From positions 18,104,001-18,168,000 of the forward strand of contig OZ316775.1 in assembly GCA_973851085.1 (NCBI GenBank): a DNA stretch of 64,000 nt, given 5' to 3'. Position 1 is the stretch's first letter. Each line of letters opens with the position of its first letter. The notes under the pieces are model-generated. The model was given only the letters and a program-made list of their open reading frames with translations. It did no database searches and was not told the origin of the DNA. Position numbers and translations under genes: made by a program. Positions 60,062 to 64,000 of the stretch are shown here, one piece after another. The DNA comes from Ptychomitrium polyphyllum (taxonomy: Eukaryota).

Positions 60062-61831
60062 CTAAGTTGCCTTATTTGAATTCCACGTTGAATACAGCCA
60101 CGGGATCTGGGTCAATTGCATGCCCAAATAGAATGTCCACACAACCGTAAGCAGCTTTATAATGAGCGCCAAAGGAGCTCCTCCTCCCATTACTGCTACG
60201 AGCTCCGCAGCCCGCGCTAGTTGTTTGAACCTGTACATTGTGTACACAAGGGGAACAAGAGGATAGGCTGGGACCCTGTCATTGCTAAGTAGCCTCTCAT
60301 ATGCCACCTGAGATCACCAGAAATAAATCACATTAATTCTCTTTGCAAAACTAGACAGTGCGTATCAGTTTGAAGATTATAATGATGATTTACTTCTAGG
60401 TTTGGTGAAAAAACATCCAGTCCACATAAAATTCCACAGGCGTTTAGTAGTTAATGGAGTTTACCAATATCTACGATACACTCAAAAGAAGGGCAGATAT
60501 ATGGATTTCATTTTAGCACATAAACATAGAAGTATTACTCGCACACCGTGATAGAGCAATGTAGTTAGTAAAACAAGATCATTATCAAATCATATCGGCT
60601 GCAGGGGAGAAGAGATTGAAAAACTATACCTGAACGAAGATCAAGGCCAAGTAAGAACCAAAAGCTGGCAAACCCACTGCTAGCTTTCCAACGAAAAGTG
60701 ACAACACAACTCCAAAAACTCCGACCGCCACGCCTGCGTATGCAACGAGTTTGGTGAGCACGGGCTCACCCTTCGGATAGCCTGTGTACTCCCATGGGCC
60801 GATCCAGGGTGGTGACCCGCCAGAAATTGTCTGATGATGGCCAGCTTTGTCCGCCAGCACAAAGAAGAGATCTGCTGCTAGAACGAAGAGGATATCCAGA
60901 CCAAAAGTTGCTAGAAGACCAGCCAAATAATTCTTCTGCAGGAGTTGAGCCAAGGGGATGATTGCAGGAGGAATGAACACTGCTGCGGTAGCCAAGGTCG
61001 GACCACCGAGCCAGAAGTACCCCGATTTCTTCTCAATGTAGTCGCTCACCCTTTCTCGCAACGTGGCGACATCCTCCTTAGCGCGAGTCTTTTGACGTGC
61101 TTTTCCACTTTCTGCGCTTCCACTTGAACTCTCTGAAGCGGCACAGACCATCAATCTCTTGGATCTTAGCACCTTTCCTTGTAAAGTTTGCGTGGTCACG
61201 GCTTGTCGGAGCGGATCAAACTGAATAGAGCTCCAGCAAGATAAGCTTCTTCGCCACGAAGGAGCTCCAAGGGACATGCTACATCGGGTCGAGGCTGCTA
61301 CATCGGGCAACTTGGTTTGATAATCTGCACAGAAAGAGACCATCCAAATTTTGAATAACGAAGTTGACAACAAGTCATCAATGCTCATCCATTCACTAAT
61401 GCACATTGAAACATTGCAACTATGACCAACAAAGACAAACTCGTCGTCATTTGGGGGAAAACCTAGTTCTCATTCACGTCGACATATGCAGAGCCAGATA
61501 TGTATATTCAAATACTGTACGTACTCAGTGAACCCTAAAAAATCAAGTCTAGCTTACAAACCAACAAACTCTCTAAACACCTTCGCACAAACTGCAAAGA
61601 CCATGACGATGAAAAATCTTCAAAACCACGTCCCACAGAAAAGTCTTCAGAGAAAAAACACACAAACAACCACGCGTCCACATTGCAGAGGAGAAAAAAT
61701 ACAAAGGGCTCCGTAACACCAACAAAGACCGTCAACCATCAACACCTCACAACGACAAGAACGACGGGCTCACCATAGCAGGCAGCGCCAGGAGCAGAGC
61801 GGCCCAGAAGAGATGTCACTCCCATAGCCAT
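60062..61831 (-). CDS. Multi-pass membrane protein of unknown function, probable plastid transit peptide; exons 61831-61774, 61324-60630, 60307-60062, ~332 aa
   Basis: Three GT-AG exons join in frame. The N-terminus is Ser/Arg-rich and contains a VCA motif. Several hydrophobic helices are present (FWLGGPTLATAAVFIPP, VPLVYTMYRFKQLARAA). Confidence 0.8.
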
Positions 61832-62145
61832 TAACCTTTCGCCAAATCTCCACTACTGTGCAGTCTCGACCATGAACCGCCTCCCTCAACCCAAACCAAC
61901 CTCCAAATCTCTCCCCAAAAGAACCTGAAAACCCCCCCACCAGATCCCACAACCCACCTAGCACAAGTCCCCCCACCAAATTCTACACACAACTCAGCTG
62001 CGAAAAACAGCCACAATGCGAAAATCCAGACTGGAAAATGTGGATGCGACCAGCAAGACGGAAATCCGAGCTGTGAGACGCTGCGGCGCTAAACGATGCA
62101 ACTATGTTGTGAGTGTGAGCACTCCGAGCTGCAGTTTAGCCTTGC

Positions 62146-62215
62146 GCCACGTGGCATATTCCACTTGGGCATGGGGGTTACCCAACGGCCACGTGGCGTG
62201 GTGGGGACGCGTGGC
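62146..62215. promoter_or_regulatory. G-box/ABRE cluster: two perfect GCCACGTGGC palindromes plus a CE3-like ACGCGTGGC
   Basis: Sites at 62146-62155, 62188-62197 and 62207-62215, ~320-380 bp upstream of the minus-strand ATG at 61831. Confidence 0.65.
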
Positions 62216-64000
62216 GTGCCAGGGTGGGAATTGTGGAGCTCCATCCACGCACTATCTGCGCAAGGGGTCGGATGTCGCTCTTGCAATTCCTCCCATAACT
62301 GTCGTCGTCGTCGTCGTCCCCCTCATCACAACGCTGCGTACACTGCTTGTGCTGCGTGTGGCCCGATAGGAATCTATACATTTTGTACATTTTAGAACAG
62401 GGTACACAGTTTGCATGTGTAGATTTTGGAAAGGGGTGCCTAACATAACCCCCTAGCGGGAGTCTACGACTCTTGTAGACTTTGTATCAGGATGCATTGG
62501 GTAACGCATCCTGTGGGTGTGGGACAATTAGTGTTACCCTGCTTTTTGGGAAGTTGAATTAAAGGCGGGATAGAAGTGCTAGAGAACAAGGTTCAAGTTC
62601 ATCAGATAGGTTCGGGATCAAGAAGTTGCTGGACGACGTCATGTGACTCACTGAAGGTTACAGTGAAATCGATTGGTCAGAGGAGTGAATTGAAATGGTT
62701 TTTACGAACGGTGTTTTATGTGGTTGAACAATGTGAAAAACAATGAAGGAGACTTGCAAGAGAATTTTCTTCATTCAAAAACTTACATCGAAATCTAGAA
62801 GTCTTTCTGGATGATCGTGGTGGAAGACTTGCTGGAAGGCATTGAAGAAGACAATAATTCAGAAGGGGCGAGGCATGTTAGTGTGAAGCTTGCTATCCAA
62901 ATTCAAACATGCGATTATTAGTGTAGAGGGACTATTCAATTGAACATCGATAAAAAGGCACCGTGACGTTGTTAACAGGCATGACCCTACACCATCTTTA
63001 TATAACTGGGTATTTGGTGTAAATACTGCAGATACTCTAATGAAGGCAACGTTTAACAAAGCTTAGTATTTGAAGTGGAAGTACATGCAAGCTCTCCCAA
63101 ATACCAATCCTTCATAGACTAAGGACTCTTTAAACACCCATAATCAAAGGGCAAATTCCATCACCCAAAAGTATGATTCCTTTGTACGAACTAGGGTTGG
63201 AAATCAACGAATTACAGTCCTTCCTACTTAAATTTTACTGCCACGTTCTGTGTGCCACATATCTATTTACTGTTGATTTCCCACTCTTCAACAATGAAGG
63301 GGAGTTGCTGCGAATGCTGAAGGATGTTATGGAAGAGCTTTCATGTACATCAAACGCGTTTCATGTACTGAACAAGTTCAAACCCATTAGTTTTCAAAAC
63401 TACTGATTTTGAAAGAGGTGTAAGTATAAGTTTCTGAAGTTCCAGAGTTGCTACAACCACATTCCGTAAAGTGCAAAAAATTGACAGAAAAAGAATTAAT
63501 TAAATTACTGGGACAAAAGCGATGACATCGACTGATGTAGTTCGCCCCCTAGAAAGTTACTGAGAAAATGGGAGTTGGAGAAGTTGGTTGTTAAAATTAG
63601 AATCTGCCGCCACATGACTATCTGGTGAACAATTGATAGACCTTACAAGTCCAGAGTTGGTCACTCGAAAAGATCACAAGGGCACTTTGCCGTGCCTTAA
63701 CTAAAGGAATTGAAGGCTAAAATGTATGAATGATCAAGATGCCTGAGACGTATCCTGAAGGAAGAGAGTATAAATACCGAACTCCTTCGCCTAGAAACCC
63801 TGCAAATAGCAAATAGCATGTCAAAATTCTGCAGTTGGCAACTATTCTTTACAATCCACAAACAAAGGAAAAGTTTCAATAGAGTAAAAAGAAAACTTTA
63901 TGAAGGCACTTTTGACAATCAAAAGAACAAATAACCCTGAAATTGAGCACGCATACCAAGAGCTTTGGCAGGTTGATGGTGAGTTGAGCCGCAGCGTACA

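Noticed and set aside
62300..62318. (GTC)n microsatellite
   Set aside because: Ordinary short simple repeat with no further structure.

Overview
Eukaryotic, intron-rich plant DNA. Gene style, GC pattern and the Tcn1-like chromovirus retroelements suggest a moss such as Physcomitrium; this is inference. Positions 0.9-9.9 kb and 23.3-31.6 kb are decayed, nested Ty3/gypsy chromovirus LTR retrotransposons: families A and B plus a third solo LTR, C. About 4.67 kb (4816-9487 vs 23937-28608) form an indel-free, almost identical inverted repeat. It flanks a ~14.4 kb island with three host genes: a class-IV aminotransferase-like gene, a plastid aldose/G6P 1-epimerase and ACX4. The left copy is broken in RT and its downstream pol part is flipped. 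Both retroelement families carry Tf1-type tRNA-independent self-priming PBS structures and a shared -1 gag/pol frameshift arrangement. The right half holds a TPM-domain thylakoid lumen protein, an intronless LYK-related cytoplasmic pseudokinase, an intronless F-box-like/LRR/ankyrin gene, an XTH and a plastid-type membrane protein, plus a 100-N assembly gap. No rRNA, tRNA or CRISPR array was found.
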